In this document: in pieces, positions 11,572 through 22,832 of the stretch | Numbering within the stretch: position 1 is the first letter of the stretch | How the letters are laid out: each line of letters opens with the position of its first letter | Assembly (NCBI GenBank): GCA_964016885.1 | Contig: OZ024742.1 | Location: 375,534,001-375,598,000, forward strand | Length of the DNA stretch: 64,000 nt | Source of the DNA: Eledone cirrhosa | Lineage: Eukaryota | Direction: 5' to 3' | The notes under the pieces: generated by a model | What the model saw: the letters and a program-made list of their open reading frames with translations, nothing else | Databases searched by the model: none | Told to the model about the DNA's origin: nothing | Translations under genes and position numbers: made by a program

Positions 11572-11636
11572 AGGTTCTTCATCTTTATCTTTCTCTTCTT
11601 CATCTTTGTATTCATCCTCTTTGTTTTTTCTTCCAT
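11572..11636 (-). pseudogene. Third acidic exon copy (DGRKNKEDEYKDEEEKDKDEE), truncated by the microsatellite/foldback block
   Basis: Acceptor tttttttgtttAG|ATGG. The upstream intron sequence 11637-11726 is paralogous to 7818-7913. No donor is present; the sequence runs into (CACAC)n. Confidence 0.55.
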
Positions 11637-11764
11637 CTAAACAAAAAAATATATATAAAACATATATGTAGCCAATCTCTCAGACTTTTACAAAGCTCCA
11701 GGGAGATAAATTTAATATAAGTGGTGTATTCCTGAACAGAGATACTATAAAATAGCTTAAAAGC

Positions 11765-11796
<32 letters not shown>

Positions 11797-11945
11797 AATA
11801 AATATACACGGGTGTGTATGATTGTGTATAGAAGATTATATTAATAAAAGGAATTCCAACTTTGTCTGATTTACTCGTTTTATTTACAATCCTTTAAAAT
11901 TATAATGGTATTAGAATGAAATAGCATGGTAGAATATTAAGTGTT

Positions 11946-11991
11946 AATTGAACAAGTAATTTCATGCTTTCGCAATCTTCAGGTTCATATT
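11946..11991 (-). ncRNA. Second, mutated hammerhead copy in the inverted pseudo-LTR
   Basis: The minus strand reads AAUAUGAAC CUGAAGA UUGCGAAAGCAU GAAA UUAC UU GUUCAAUU. The core is intact, with a G>U change in stem III and an extra base in stem I. Confidence 0.6.
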
Positions 11992-12308
11992 CTGTGGTGA
12001 CAGTCAAGTTTACAATTTTCAACTGTAATGAGATGGGCAAATTTTGTGCCTTATATACAGTGAAAAGCGGCTACAGAATGCTAAATTTTGCAAACTGTAT
12101 TTCGACCAATCGGTGTGTAGTTTCACTGGATTACTGAAGCTGATTGGTTTAGGCATCACGGTTGGTTGGGCATGTCTAACGACTTCTATTTGGCCCTATT
12201 CAAAGCATCAATTGTTTTGCTATTTTTAGAAATGATGAAAATAGCATTTTCTAGGGTTTTTATACCCCTAAGAATTATTATTGTTCATTTAGCTTGGGTT
12301 GGAATTTA

Positions 12309-12626
12309 GAAAAAATATTCCCAAATGCAAATATGAACTGCAAAAGCAGAAATCTAATTTACTGCATTAAATGCCCGAATTGTGAAGAACTATATGTCGG
12401 TCAAACTGGAAATGCACTATCGGAACATGCACGGGTGCACCGACAGAAAATCAGAGACCCAAATGTACGTCAGATACCCCTGAGTAACCATCTAGCAACA
12501 TGTGGTCAGAAAATATTTATAATATTTCCATTCTACAAATTACACAGGCCAAGTGAAATCAAGAGAAAAATCAAAGAAAAGAATTTTATTCATAAATTCC
12601 AACCCAAGCTAAATGAACAATACTAA
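12309..12626 (+). pseudogene. GIY-YIG endonuclease domain fragment of a PLE (RT part missing)
   Basis: NCKSRNLIYCIKCPNCEELYVGQTG...VHR...SNHL...KEKNFIHKFQPKLN shows GIY-like (LIY) and YVG motifs, CxxC/H/H residues and a terminal E...LN, as in PLE endonucleases. Confidence 0.85.
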
Positions 12627-12909
12627 TTCTTAGGGGTATAAAAACCCTAGAAAATGCTATTTACATCATTTCTAAAAATAGCAAAACAATTGATGCTTTG
12701 GATAGAGCCAAATAGAAGTCATTAGACATGCTCAACCAACCATGACGCTTAAACCAATCAGCTTCAGTAATCCAGTGAAACTACACACCAATTGGTCGAA
12801 ATACAGTTTGCAAAATTTAGCATTCTGTAGCCGCTTTTCACTGTATATAAGGCACAAAATTTACCCATCTCATTACAGTTGAAAATTGCAAACTTGACTG
12901 TCACCACAG

Positions 12910-12954
12910 AATTGAACCTGAAGATTGCGAAAGCATGAAAGTACTTGTTCAATT
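12910..12954 (+). ncRNA. Minimal type I hammerhead ribozyme in the PLE pseudo-LTR
   Basis: Stem I AAUUGAAC/GUUCAAUU; core CUGAAGA (12918-12924); stem II UGC-GAAA-GCA; GAAA; short palindromic stem III (A)GUAC(U). The predicted cleavage site follows CUU at 12946. Confidence 0.8.
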
Positions 12955-13064
12955 AACATTTAACACTTAATATTCTACCATACTATTCAGATTACATCTA
13001 TAAAATTCACATTACATCTATATATATACACATACATATATATATATATACATTCATATATTCA

Positions 13065-16000
13065 CTTCTACGAAATGTAATGTAAAAATACCATTTTCTT
13101 CTTGTCTCCCCACCCTTCGGTTCATTCATCCATATATCTGTATAATCGCCCAGAATCCAATCCTACTTTCTCAATGCTATTCTATAATTCTGTCTGGCTG
13201 TTCTAAATAATCTTGTGTATTTTAAAATCCCAGTCTATCGCTTGTTACTGTTATATGCTTTATTTCAAACCTTCTCCTCGCTCGCTAACTACCCCATACC
13301 CTACCGTCCGCCCCCACTCTCTACCATTATCATTTGGACCAATCATAAGTCAGCGGCCTATGCTATCACTTCTGGTTGCTTTTCGATATGATGGATGGAC
13401 TAAGGAATTCTGGAGAGTCTGAAGAATCTGGACACTCAGAGACAATGCCAAAGACAACGACAAATTTACCTCATGCTGCCGGACGAAAGGGCAAGGACTC
13501 CTCCTCTTTGTTTCGGCCGCGGATGGCCAACATAACCCCAACCCCCTCCCCTCCTCGCGCCCCACCCACCAAACGCAATCCAAAACTTCAGAGTTGATAC
13601 CATGAATGTAGGCACCTTAAAAGGTTGCTCTAACGAGGTTGTAGAAATGCTTGAACGTAAGGAGGTTGATGTTTGCTGTATCCAAGAGACCAGGTGGAGG
13701 GGCGGGTCTGCTAGAGTCATTGTGGGTAAAAAACGATGCTATAAGCTTTTCTGGGTGGGAAAAATGGGTGGATAAGATAATAGACGTAAATAGAGTGAAC
13801 GACAGAATAATTAAAATAAGACTTGTTCTAAATAGAACTACTGTGATAGTAATATCTGCATACGTACCCCAATCCGGACTGCCTGGCGCTATAAAAGACA
13901 GATTCTATGAGACACTAATGCTCACTACCTCCTAAATAACTGACAGTGACTATATAATTATTGCTGGCGACCTAAATGGTCACGTTGGACAATATTGTGA
14001 CGGCTATGATGGAATCCATGGAGGCTATGGGTTTGGTACTAGAAATGAGGAAGGCTCCAGAATCCTGGAATTCTGTGACGCAAATAACCTAACTATCTGT
14101 AACACTAACTTCAAAAATCGAGACAATCACTTAATCACCTACAGATCAGGGGAACATACCAGCCAGGTAGATTATATCCTTACCAGAAGACGTGACAGAG
14201 TGTCTGTTGTAAACACTAAATCCCTCCCCCATGAAGAATGCACCTCTCAACATAGACTCATAATTAGCGACCTCATAGTCAGGACGAGACGTTCTCGACA
14301 ACAGAAGAGGACTATCCTCAGGAGAAAATTATGGAAGCTAAAGGACCCCACAGCCAGTAATAAATTTAAAAGCATATTACTTGATGCTTTCGACAGTAAG
14401 GAAGAGCAATTAGAGTCGTACAATATAGAGGAACAGTGGGAATTCCTGAAAGCAAACCTGCTGATGGCGACAGATGAAGTCTGCGGCTGGAGCAGGCCTG
14501 TAGGCAGGCGGAGAGTAACGTGGTGGTGGAACAGTAAGGTGGAGGAGTCAATTAAGGCCAAAAAGCAAGCTTGGAAAGTATGGCGGGATGGGGGAAGTAG
14601 ATAAGACTATCAAGTGGCCAGGAGGGAAGCTAGGAGACAAGTGTACTTCGCAAGAAGGGAAGCAGAGGAAAGAAAGTTCAAGCATGTTCTACAACGCGAG
14701 GACCAAAAACGTGAGGTGTTCAGGATTGCTAGGCAATGTGTCAAGGAAAACCGTGATATTGTCGGGGAGAAGTGTGTCCTTAATGATGATGGCGTACTTG
14801 CCATCACTGACGCTGATAAGAAGGTAGCTTGGAAGTGTCACTACGAAAGGCTACTAAATGAGGAGAATAAATGGGAGAAAGACAGTCTCCCCCCACATCG
14901 ATCCAATAGAGGGACCAGCAGTGTTAGTCGAGGGGAGTATAATAAGTAAGGCAATCAAGGATATGAAGACGGTTAAGGCGGCTGGGCCTTCGGAAATAGT
15001 TGCTGAGATGCTGAAAGCATCTAGAACAGTGGGACACACTGGATAGTAAACCAAGTCATACAGAATGGGGCTGGTCCGAAGGACTGGCGTAGCAGCATCA
15101 TCATTAACTGCTACAAGGGTAAAGGTGATGCCCTAGATATGGGTAACTATAGAGGCATTAAATTAATCGACCAGGTCATGAAGTTCACAGAAAAAGTAAT
15201 AGTGCAACTAATCAGAGAGCAAATTGATCTAGATGAAATGCAGTTCGGGTTTGTGTCAGGTAAAAGTACCACAGACACTCTTTTCATTGTACGACAACTA
15301 CAGGAGAAGTACCTAGCTAAAAGTAAACCCCTATACTTAGCTTTTGTCGACTTGGAGAAAGCCTTCGACAGAGTCCCCCGTTCCATTATCTGGTGGGCTC
15401 TTAGAAAACTAGGTGTTGATGAATGGCTTGTGAGAGCTATACAAGCCATGTATAAAGAAACAGTCAGCAAGGTTAGAATTAACAATGAATATAGTGAAGA
15501 GTTTAGCGTAAAGGTTGGTGTTCACCAGGGCTCCGTTCTTAGCACCCTACTATTTATTATTGCCCTTCAGGCTATAACAGTGGAGTTCAAGACCGGCTGC
15601 CCATGGGAACTCCTATATGCAAATGATCTAACGCTCATAGCTGAATCAATGGCTGAACTAGAGAAGAAATTCCAAACATGGAAGCATGGCCTAGAATCAA
15701 AAGGCCTTAAAATTAACCTGTCTAAGACTAAAGTTCGAGTTTGTAGGAAGGAAAATAGGGCACCGGTCCCATCCGGGAAATGGCCATGCTCAGTGTGTAG
15801 GAAAGGAGTAGGCAGAAACTCCATTTTATGTCCCAAATGCAAAGTATGGGTGCATAAAAGATGTAGTGGAATCACAGGTAAGCTAACTAAGAATATAGAT
15901 TTTATATGTGGCCGGTGCTCTGGTGCAATAAGTAGCAGCAAGTGCCCACAGAATACTAGCTCATTCTATTGCACAGATGGTTCTATAGAAATAGTGGACA

Positions 16001-16966
16001 CCTTCCGTTACTTGGCTGACAAAATCAGCAGCGGTGGAGTGTGCTCTGAAAGTACAGTAGCTAGAGTCAGAACGGGATGGAAAAAGTTCAGAGAGCTTAT
16101 ACCACTATTAGCCGCTAAAGGGTTCTCAAAAAATGAAAGGCAGGCTGTATGATGCCTGCATACGAACAGCAATGTTACATGGCAGTGAGACCTGGGCATT
16201 GTGTGCAGAGGATATACGCAGACTGGAGAGGAACGAAGCTTGCATGCTCTGCTGGATATGTAATAGTAATATACGTGAACGGCAAAGCATAAACGAACTA
16301 AGGGAAAAATTAGAAATAAGAGGGATCAGATGCTGTTTACTCGAGAGAAGACTACGTTGGTATGCTCACGTGATGCGCATGAAAGACGACAGCTGTATAA
16401 AAAATTGCAGGGCGATAAAAATAGACGGTAGCCACGGAGTAGGCAGACCCTGAAAAACCTGGGACGACTTGATAAATTCCGACCTCACACGCTTACACCT
16501 CTCCAAGACAATGTCACTGGACCGAGATCTTTGGCGCTACACAGTAATACAGAAGACCCGCCTTACCTAAGTACAAAGTGAAACCTACTACAGTCAGTAG
16601 GCACCTCTAACAAAAATACACCCCCGTCTCACTACCCCCAGCCCCATCCACACCACCCCTTTCAATGTAAAGTTATGTTGGTACCACAGCATCCAGTCCG
16701 AAACAAATGAGGTCGTGTAGGTGTCACGACAAAAAACCACACAGTCCACGCTGTAATGTGGCCGTGTAGGTCACACGGTAAAAACCTCCCAGACCCACAC
16801 TGTAAACGTAGTTGGTGTTAGGAAGGGCATCCAGCCGTAGAAAATCCGCCAGACAGTCCTATGCGAGCAAGACAACCACTCTTGCCTCAAGTGGGAATAC
16901 TCCCGTCCAAACCCGTGCAAGCGTGGAAGATGGACGTTAAACGATGATGATGATGATGATGATGAT
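13065..16966 (+). mobile_element. Near full-length but decayed RTE-clade LINE (APE endonuclease, RT, PHD-like finger) with a (GAT)n tail; 5' boundary approximate
   Basis: APE motifs (TMNVGTL, CCIQETRW, SAYVPQ, GDLNGHVG, QVDYIL) and RT motifs (NYRGIKL, QFGF, FVDLEKAFDRVPR, GVHQGSVLS, YANDL). C-terminal LHGSETW...RRLRWYAHVMR...GVGRP. Several stops and frameshifts. Tail gatgatgat at 16943-16966. Confidence 0.93.
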
Positions 16967-17285
16967 ATACATACATACACACATATACATATATACAAAT
17001 ACACATATACATGCATATATATACACATATACATATATATACATGCATATATATATATACATATACAATATGTATAGGATTCCTTTCCTTTTGAGCACAT
17101 AATTTACAGGGAATAACGTGACTATGGCTCCGTTAATTTATCTTCATATATATATATATATATATACATACACACATATATACATACACACACACAAATA
17201 TATATAGATATACATACATATATATACATATATATTGATTCATACATACATACACACACACATATATATATATATTTATATGTAT
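16967..17285. repeat. (TA/CA/TACA)n microsatellite cluster
   Basis: Directly visible. Similar tracts lie at 9334-9360, 11766-11800, 13017-13060 and 17797-17988. Confidence 0.9.
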
Positions 17286-17646
17286 AAAGTACTTGATGAT
17301 GAGCATTCTAGTTGTTCAATAAACTGATTGAATAATACAAACGATGTTTTAATATACAGATTCATTATTTGTGTATATATAATATATGCAAAGCATATAA
17401 ATAAATTTACAGTAGAATAACAGCAAATATGTTTTAAATATATACATAAATAACATAATAAATTGCTCGCGATTCTTTCAGAAGGATATATTCCTTTAAT
17501 GTTACAATATTAATGAAAATATACGTATATATATACATACATATATTTATTCAACTAAGGAAAGTTGGTTGATTGAAAATCTGTTTGTCATCATAAGAGA
17601 TGACAAACACTCAACAGTTTATGTTTATCCGGAGTTGTATTATAAT

Positions 17647-17701
17647 AATTGTTTCTACTTTGGCACAAGGCCAGCAATTACCCAGTGTATTACTGGTACT
17701 T
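17647..17701 (-). mobile_element. 3' fragment of the tRNA-SINE family
   Basis: Reverse complement of aagtaccagtaa...gctggccttgtgcc.aaagtagaaacaatt, seen in the copies at 20685 and 22648. Confidence 0.75.
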
Positions 17702-17987
17702 ACAATGTAAATTTTCAAATGTATTACAGAGCCGAGATACAAAATATAAAACAATAAAATCTTAGTTTAATACAATTGGTGATAAATTTTTTTTTGCATA
17801 CATACATATATATATATATATACATACATACATATATATATATATACATACATACATATATATATATATACAATATATTAATAAATGGAAACTATATTTA
17901 TAAAATCATATTTATTTTATACATATTTTAAGGCCCATTTCATCAGATAAAATACATATATATACATACATAAACACATATATATAT

Positions 17988-20575
17988 ATCATCATCATCA
18001 TCATAATCATCACCGTTTTACGTCCGTTCTTCCACGCTAGCATGGGTTAGACGGGTTGTCCTGTTGTGGGCAGTGTCTGGTCGGCTGACCATGCCTTGCT
18101 CATACAGGAACTGGTTTGGCTTGATTTCTACAGCTGGATGCCCTTCCTAACACCAACCTCATTTACAGTGAGTGCTGGGTGCTTTTTCGTGGCGCCTACA
18201 CGTCCACTTTACAGTGTGGGCTGGGTGCTTTTTTGCCGTGGCACCTCCACGACCACCTTGCAGTGGGGGGCGTGGGGGCATATTGTCTATATGCTTCAGC
18301 TTGTACCCATGGGAGGTCGGGTACTCTGTATTACTGAGTGACGCCAGAGGTCACGGTCGTGTGTCATCGCCTTTGAGAGGTGTAATTGGGTAAGGTCGGC
18401 CTTTATCACCTCATCCCAGGTCATCTTGGGTCTCCCCACTCCGCGGCTTCCATCAACTTCTAGTGCTCTGCACCTTTTTATGCAGCTGTCATCCTTCATA
18501 CGCATCACATGTCCATACCAACGCAACCGCCTCTCCTGCACACAGCATTTGATTCCTCTTATGCTCAGTCTCTCTCTCAATTCATTTATGCTTTGTCGTT
18601 CGCGTATATTACTATTACACATCCATCGGAGCATGCAGGCTTCGTTTCTCTCTAATCTACGTAAGTCTTCCACCTTCAGCACCCAGGTCTCACTACCATG
18701 TAACATCGCTGTTCGGATACACGCATCATACAGTCTGCTTTTTATTTTGAGGGAGAAGCCTTTTGCAGCTAGCAGTGGTAGTAGTTCCCTAAACTTCTTC
18801 GATCCCGTTCTTACCCTAGTTATTGTACTTTCTGAACACCCATCTCCGCTGCTAATTCAGTCACCTAGGTAGCAGAAGCTGTCTACTGTTTCTACAGAGC
18901 CCTCCCAGAGATTGGTGGTACTTCTTTCCTGTGGCTGTTTGCTGCTTGCTGTCCCAGCACAGCTGCTGCATGTGAAGCCTACATTCTTAATTAAGCTTCC
19001 TGAGATCCCGCTACATCTCTTGTGTACCCATTGTTTGCATTTGGGACAGAGAATGGAGTTCCTACCTACACCTTTTCTACATACTGAGCAAGGCCATTTC
19101 CCTGAGGGGATATGGGTTCTGTTTTCTCGTCTACTTACAAGGACCTTAGTCTTTGTCATGTTGACTTTGAGACCCTTTCTTTCTAGTCTCTGCTTCCAAG
19201 TTTGGAATTTCTTCTCTAGTTCTACCATAGATTCAGCTATAAGTGCGAGGTCATCAGCATACAGGAGTTCCCATGGGCATCCGGTCTTAAACTCCTCCGT
19301 TATTGCCTGCAGGACTATGATGAACAGGAGGGGGCTAAGAACAGAGCCCTGGTGGACCCCAACCTGTACGCTAAATTCCTCGCTATACTCATTGCTAATC
19401 CTAACTTTGCTGACTGCTCCCCTATACATGGCTTGTACCGCTTTCACAAGCCATTCATCTACTCCTAGTTTTCTAAGAGCCCACCAGATTACAGCACGTG
19501 GAACTCTGTCAAAGGCTTTCTCAAGGTCGACAAATGCCAGGTAGAGTGGCTTACTTTAAGCTAGGTACTTTTCCTGTAACTGCCTGACAAGGAAGAGGGC
19601 ATCAGTGGTGCCTCTTCCTGGTACAAACCCAAATTGCATCTCGTCTAGTTTCACCCGGTCCCTAATCAACTGTGCTATAACTCTTTCTGTTACTTTCATG
19701 ACCTGGTCCATCAGCTTTATACCGCTATAGTTTCCTCTATCTAGTGCATCACCTTTACCTTTGTAGAAGTTGACAATGATGCTACTGCACCAATCTTTTG
19801 GTATGACACCTTCTAGTATTACCTGGTTAACAATACGTGTGGTTATAGTGTGACCTACAGACCCAGATGCCTTCAGCATCTCGGCAGCTATACCTGATGG
19901 ACCGGTTGCCTTCCCCATCTTCATATCTTTGATTGCCTTACTTACTACATTGCTGCTGACTTGTACTGCTGGCCCCTCTATAGGGTCTACTTGGGGTAGG
20001 GTCTCTTCTTCCCATGCATTCTCCTCATTTAGTAATCTATCATAATGACTCTTCCATGCATCTTTCTTTTCAGCACTTGTGAGGGCAAGCTCAGCTTTAT
20101 CATTCCGGATACACTTCTCTCCAATGACATCACAATTCTCTGACACACTGCCTCGCAATTTTGAACACCTCCTGTTTCTGGTCCTCACGTTGCAAAACAT
20201 GCTTGAATTTTCTATCCTCTGCTTCCCTCCTAGCTAAGTATACTTGTCGCCTAGCTTCCCTCTTGGTCTCTATGTAATGTACCCTGCTCCCCCCGTTCTT
20301 CCATTCTTTCCATGCCTGTCTCTTGGCCTTAACTGCCTCATTTACCTTATTGTTCCACCACCAAGTCACTCTCCTCCTGCTTGAGGTCTTACTCCAGCCA
20401 CAGACCTCATCCGTCGCCTCTAGTAAGTTATTTTTTTAGGAACTCCCAGTTCTCTTCTACATTGAATGTCTCTATCTGTTCTTTACTGTCGTAGGCATTG
20501 AGTAAAATATCTTTAAATCCGTTATTGGTTGAGGGGTCTTTCCGCTTCCAGATCTTTCTTCTCCAGTTTGGAACG
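17988..20575 (-). mobile_element. 5'-truncated, decayed RTE-clade LINE of a related subfamily, with a (GAT)n tail
   Basis: The translations contain VTWWWN, NYSGIKL, QFGFVPGRGTTDA, GVHQGSVLSP, YADDL, WPCSVCRKGVGRNSILCPKCKQWVHKRC and LHGSETW. (ATC)n lies at 17988-18011. The 3' UTR shares ggaagggcatccagc.gtagaaa with the first copy. Confidence 0.93.
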
Positions 20576-20684
20576 AAGCCAAATCAACTTTAGTGATTCA
20601 TTTTAGCCTTTCAGAATAGAGTGTCTATTTTTCCATTAAAGGCTACAGGCCATGACTGGCTATTATTATTAATATTATTGTTAA

Positions 20685-20871
20685 GGGCGGTGGATTGGCA
20701 GTATCGGTAGAGGGTCGGACGCCATGCTTTGACGTATAGAGTTACGGCTCTTGCCATTCTGAATTCAAATCCTGCTGAGGTTAACTTTGCCTTTCATCCT
20801 TACGGGGTCGATAAAATAAAGTACCAGTAATGCACTGGTTAATTGCTGGCCTTGTGCCTAAAGTAGAAACA
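20685..20871 (+). mobile_element. tRNA-derived SINE with a Nin/Deu-like central domain and an 18-bp TSD
   Basis: A box-like TGGCAGTATCGGT and B box-like ATTCAAATCC. Central domain GCCTTTCATCCTTACGGGGTCGATAAAATAAAGTACCAG. TSD attattaatattattgtt at 20665-20682 and 20872-20889. Confidence 0.88.
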
Positions 20872-21198
20872 ATTATTAATATTATTGTTGATGTATTCTA
20901 TCGGCTACTTTGCCATGTGGCGACCCTCTCTTTCTATGATGGCTACCCCCTCTCTATCTCTCTCTCTCTATGATATATGAAACTTAATATGCATGTATGA
21001 AACTTAATTATTCGTGTAATGCGACTCCTGTAACATTTAAAATAATTATTTGATATTAATTACCATTTTCTTATCTTTTGCTTTTATTGTTTCTACTTAT
21101 CTCCTGTGTTGGTTGACATTTGCGTTATTTCCTGGAGAAAAATGGCGCCAAACTTTTCCCTTTGAAAGAATAATGTGATTGTCTTCACGTGATATATA

Positions 21199-21356
21199 GC
21201 TGTCAGTCGTGAAAGCAGCCGATGAAAGCAGCCGAAGGTGACGTCATTCGTCATCGTTTATTTCCGTATTACTACCACCAAGTAACTCCACTACGCGTGG
21301 TAGTAATACGGAAATAAACGATGTTTTGCTTTCATCGGCTGCTTTCGACTGACAGC
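21199..21356. mobile_element. 158-bp palindromic MITE flanked by TA
   Basis: TA-GCTGTCAGTCG...CGACTGACAGC-TA. Internal inverted repeat gaaagcagccgatgaaagca/tgctttcatcggctgctttc, plus a perfect 27-bp stem (21252-21278 with 21297-21323). Confidence 0.8.
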
Positions 21357-22524
21357 TAATAGCGTTGTAGTGCCGTTTTTTTTAATGTATAAAGAAAATT
21401 AATTGTTGAAGGAGTACTACCACTTAAAATACAATTTCACCGGAGATAGATTAGCAAAATGTAATAAGCAGGGGATGGAGGGTTATTGGAAACCCGAGAG
21501 TAACTCCCGTCACTGATCTTCAGTTTATGTGTTTATAATCTTAGTTTATAGGATTCAAAGTGATATTTTAAGACATTTTATGGGGGAGGATGTGTCAGGT
21601 CTCTCTCGTGTGTTACTGGTACCATGGTCGGACCCTCGGCAACTAAACCGGCAACACCATCAAGCTTGATTGGGGAGGAGGGTGATATTTGGACACCCTG
21701 GCGGATGAAAAACAAAACCCGACAAAGGGCGGAGGAACTCAATAGAGTTAACGGTCATCTAAATAACGTATACCTGTGTATGTATTCTTGTATTTTCTTT
21801 CATTATACTTGAGGTGTGATGGACACCAAGGAGGAAACCGTCCCTGATAGCGGCTACATACTTGCCTCTATGCCTTGTATAATATACAGTATGTGATGTG
21901 AGGGGACGACAGACTTGGGAGTAGACAGAAAATCGTCTTGGTCTACGTTCTTGTGATGAGAACTGTTAAACTACCTGGCAGGTCCAGTGGGTGACGAACT
22001 GACCAGGGTGACTAGTTTTTCAGAGGACCAGACTCTACTCGAGCCTTTACTAAATAACTGAAAGGAGGTTCGGCAGTAGTTCAGCTCCCTGCTTCGGTAA
22101 AAAGTTTATACAGCTACAGAAACAACAGCACAAGAAATTGCTAATACTAACTAACTGATTATAAAATAATAAATCTAAACAAATGCCTGAGTCTGTCTTC
22201 TCTACGCCATTTTCCTCCTTCATCTGACTATCATTATTTTCTCGATTATGTCTGTGTTTCTTCTTTTTATTAGTTTAAAATATAATATAATATAATGAGT
22301 TGTAGTGCACCTGAGCACTGTACACAATATTTCATTATTATTATTATTATATTAACCTCACTGAAATATATGTGTATTAAAGTTATTTTTACAATATTTG
22401 ACCGGTTTAAACACATGACAATAATATTTCTATGTCACCAAATGTCTTCTGACTTTAATGAAATATATTCTAATATATTTTAATATACTGCAGACGACAT
22501 TACTGTGAATGTAAGTATTTAGTA

Positions 22525-22647
22525 TTTATATTATATATTATATTATATTACATTATATCACATTATATAATATATTATATTACATATTATTATATTAAAT
22601 ATTATATTTTATTACATTATATTATATTTATATTATATTATATTATA
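22525..22647. repeat. (ATATT)n low-complexity tract
   Basis: Directly visible. Confidence 0.9.
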
Positions 22648-22832
22648 CGGTGGATTGGCAGTATCGGTAGAGGGTCGGACGCCATGCTTTCCAGCATAGT
22701 TACGTCCCTTTACGATCTGAGTTCAAATCCCGCTGAGGTTGACTTTGCCTTTCATCCTTACGGGGTCGATAAAATAAAGTACCAGTAATGCACTGGGTAA
22801 TTGCTGGCCTTGTGCCTAAAGTAGAAACAATT
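22648..22832 (+). mobile_element. tRNA-derived SINE (same family as 20685)
   Basis: Near-identical to 20688-20873, with B box GAGTTCAAATCC. Confidence 0.88.

Larger units (their letters stand above)
11920..12987 (+). mobile_element. 5'-truncated Penelope-like element: inverted pseudo-LTR, GIY-YIG C-terminus, pseudo-LTR
   Basis: Near-identical inverted arms of about 390 bp (11920-12308 and 12593-12987) enclose a GIY-YIG coding segment. This is the typical tail-to-tail PLE truncation structure. Confidence 0.9.

Noticed and set aside
9700-11720. His/Thr-rich and Cys/Val/Trp-rich ORFs
   Set aside because: They are translations of pentanucleotide microsatellites.
13376-20369. Intact, active RTE retrotransposons or host genes in antisense ORFs
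   Set aside because: Both copies carry stops and frameshifts (the first has YANDL in place of YADDL). The antisense ORFs are shadows of the LINE ORF.
20685-20780. tRNA gene
   Set aside because: The A/B boxes are too widely spaced, no cloverleaf forms, and a SINE body and TSD follow. This is a SINE head.
21815-22118. Solo LTR (TG...CA)
   Set aside because: No matching 4-6-bp TSD was found and there is no second copy in the window.
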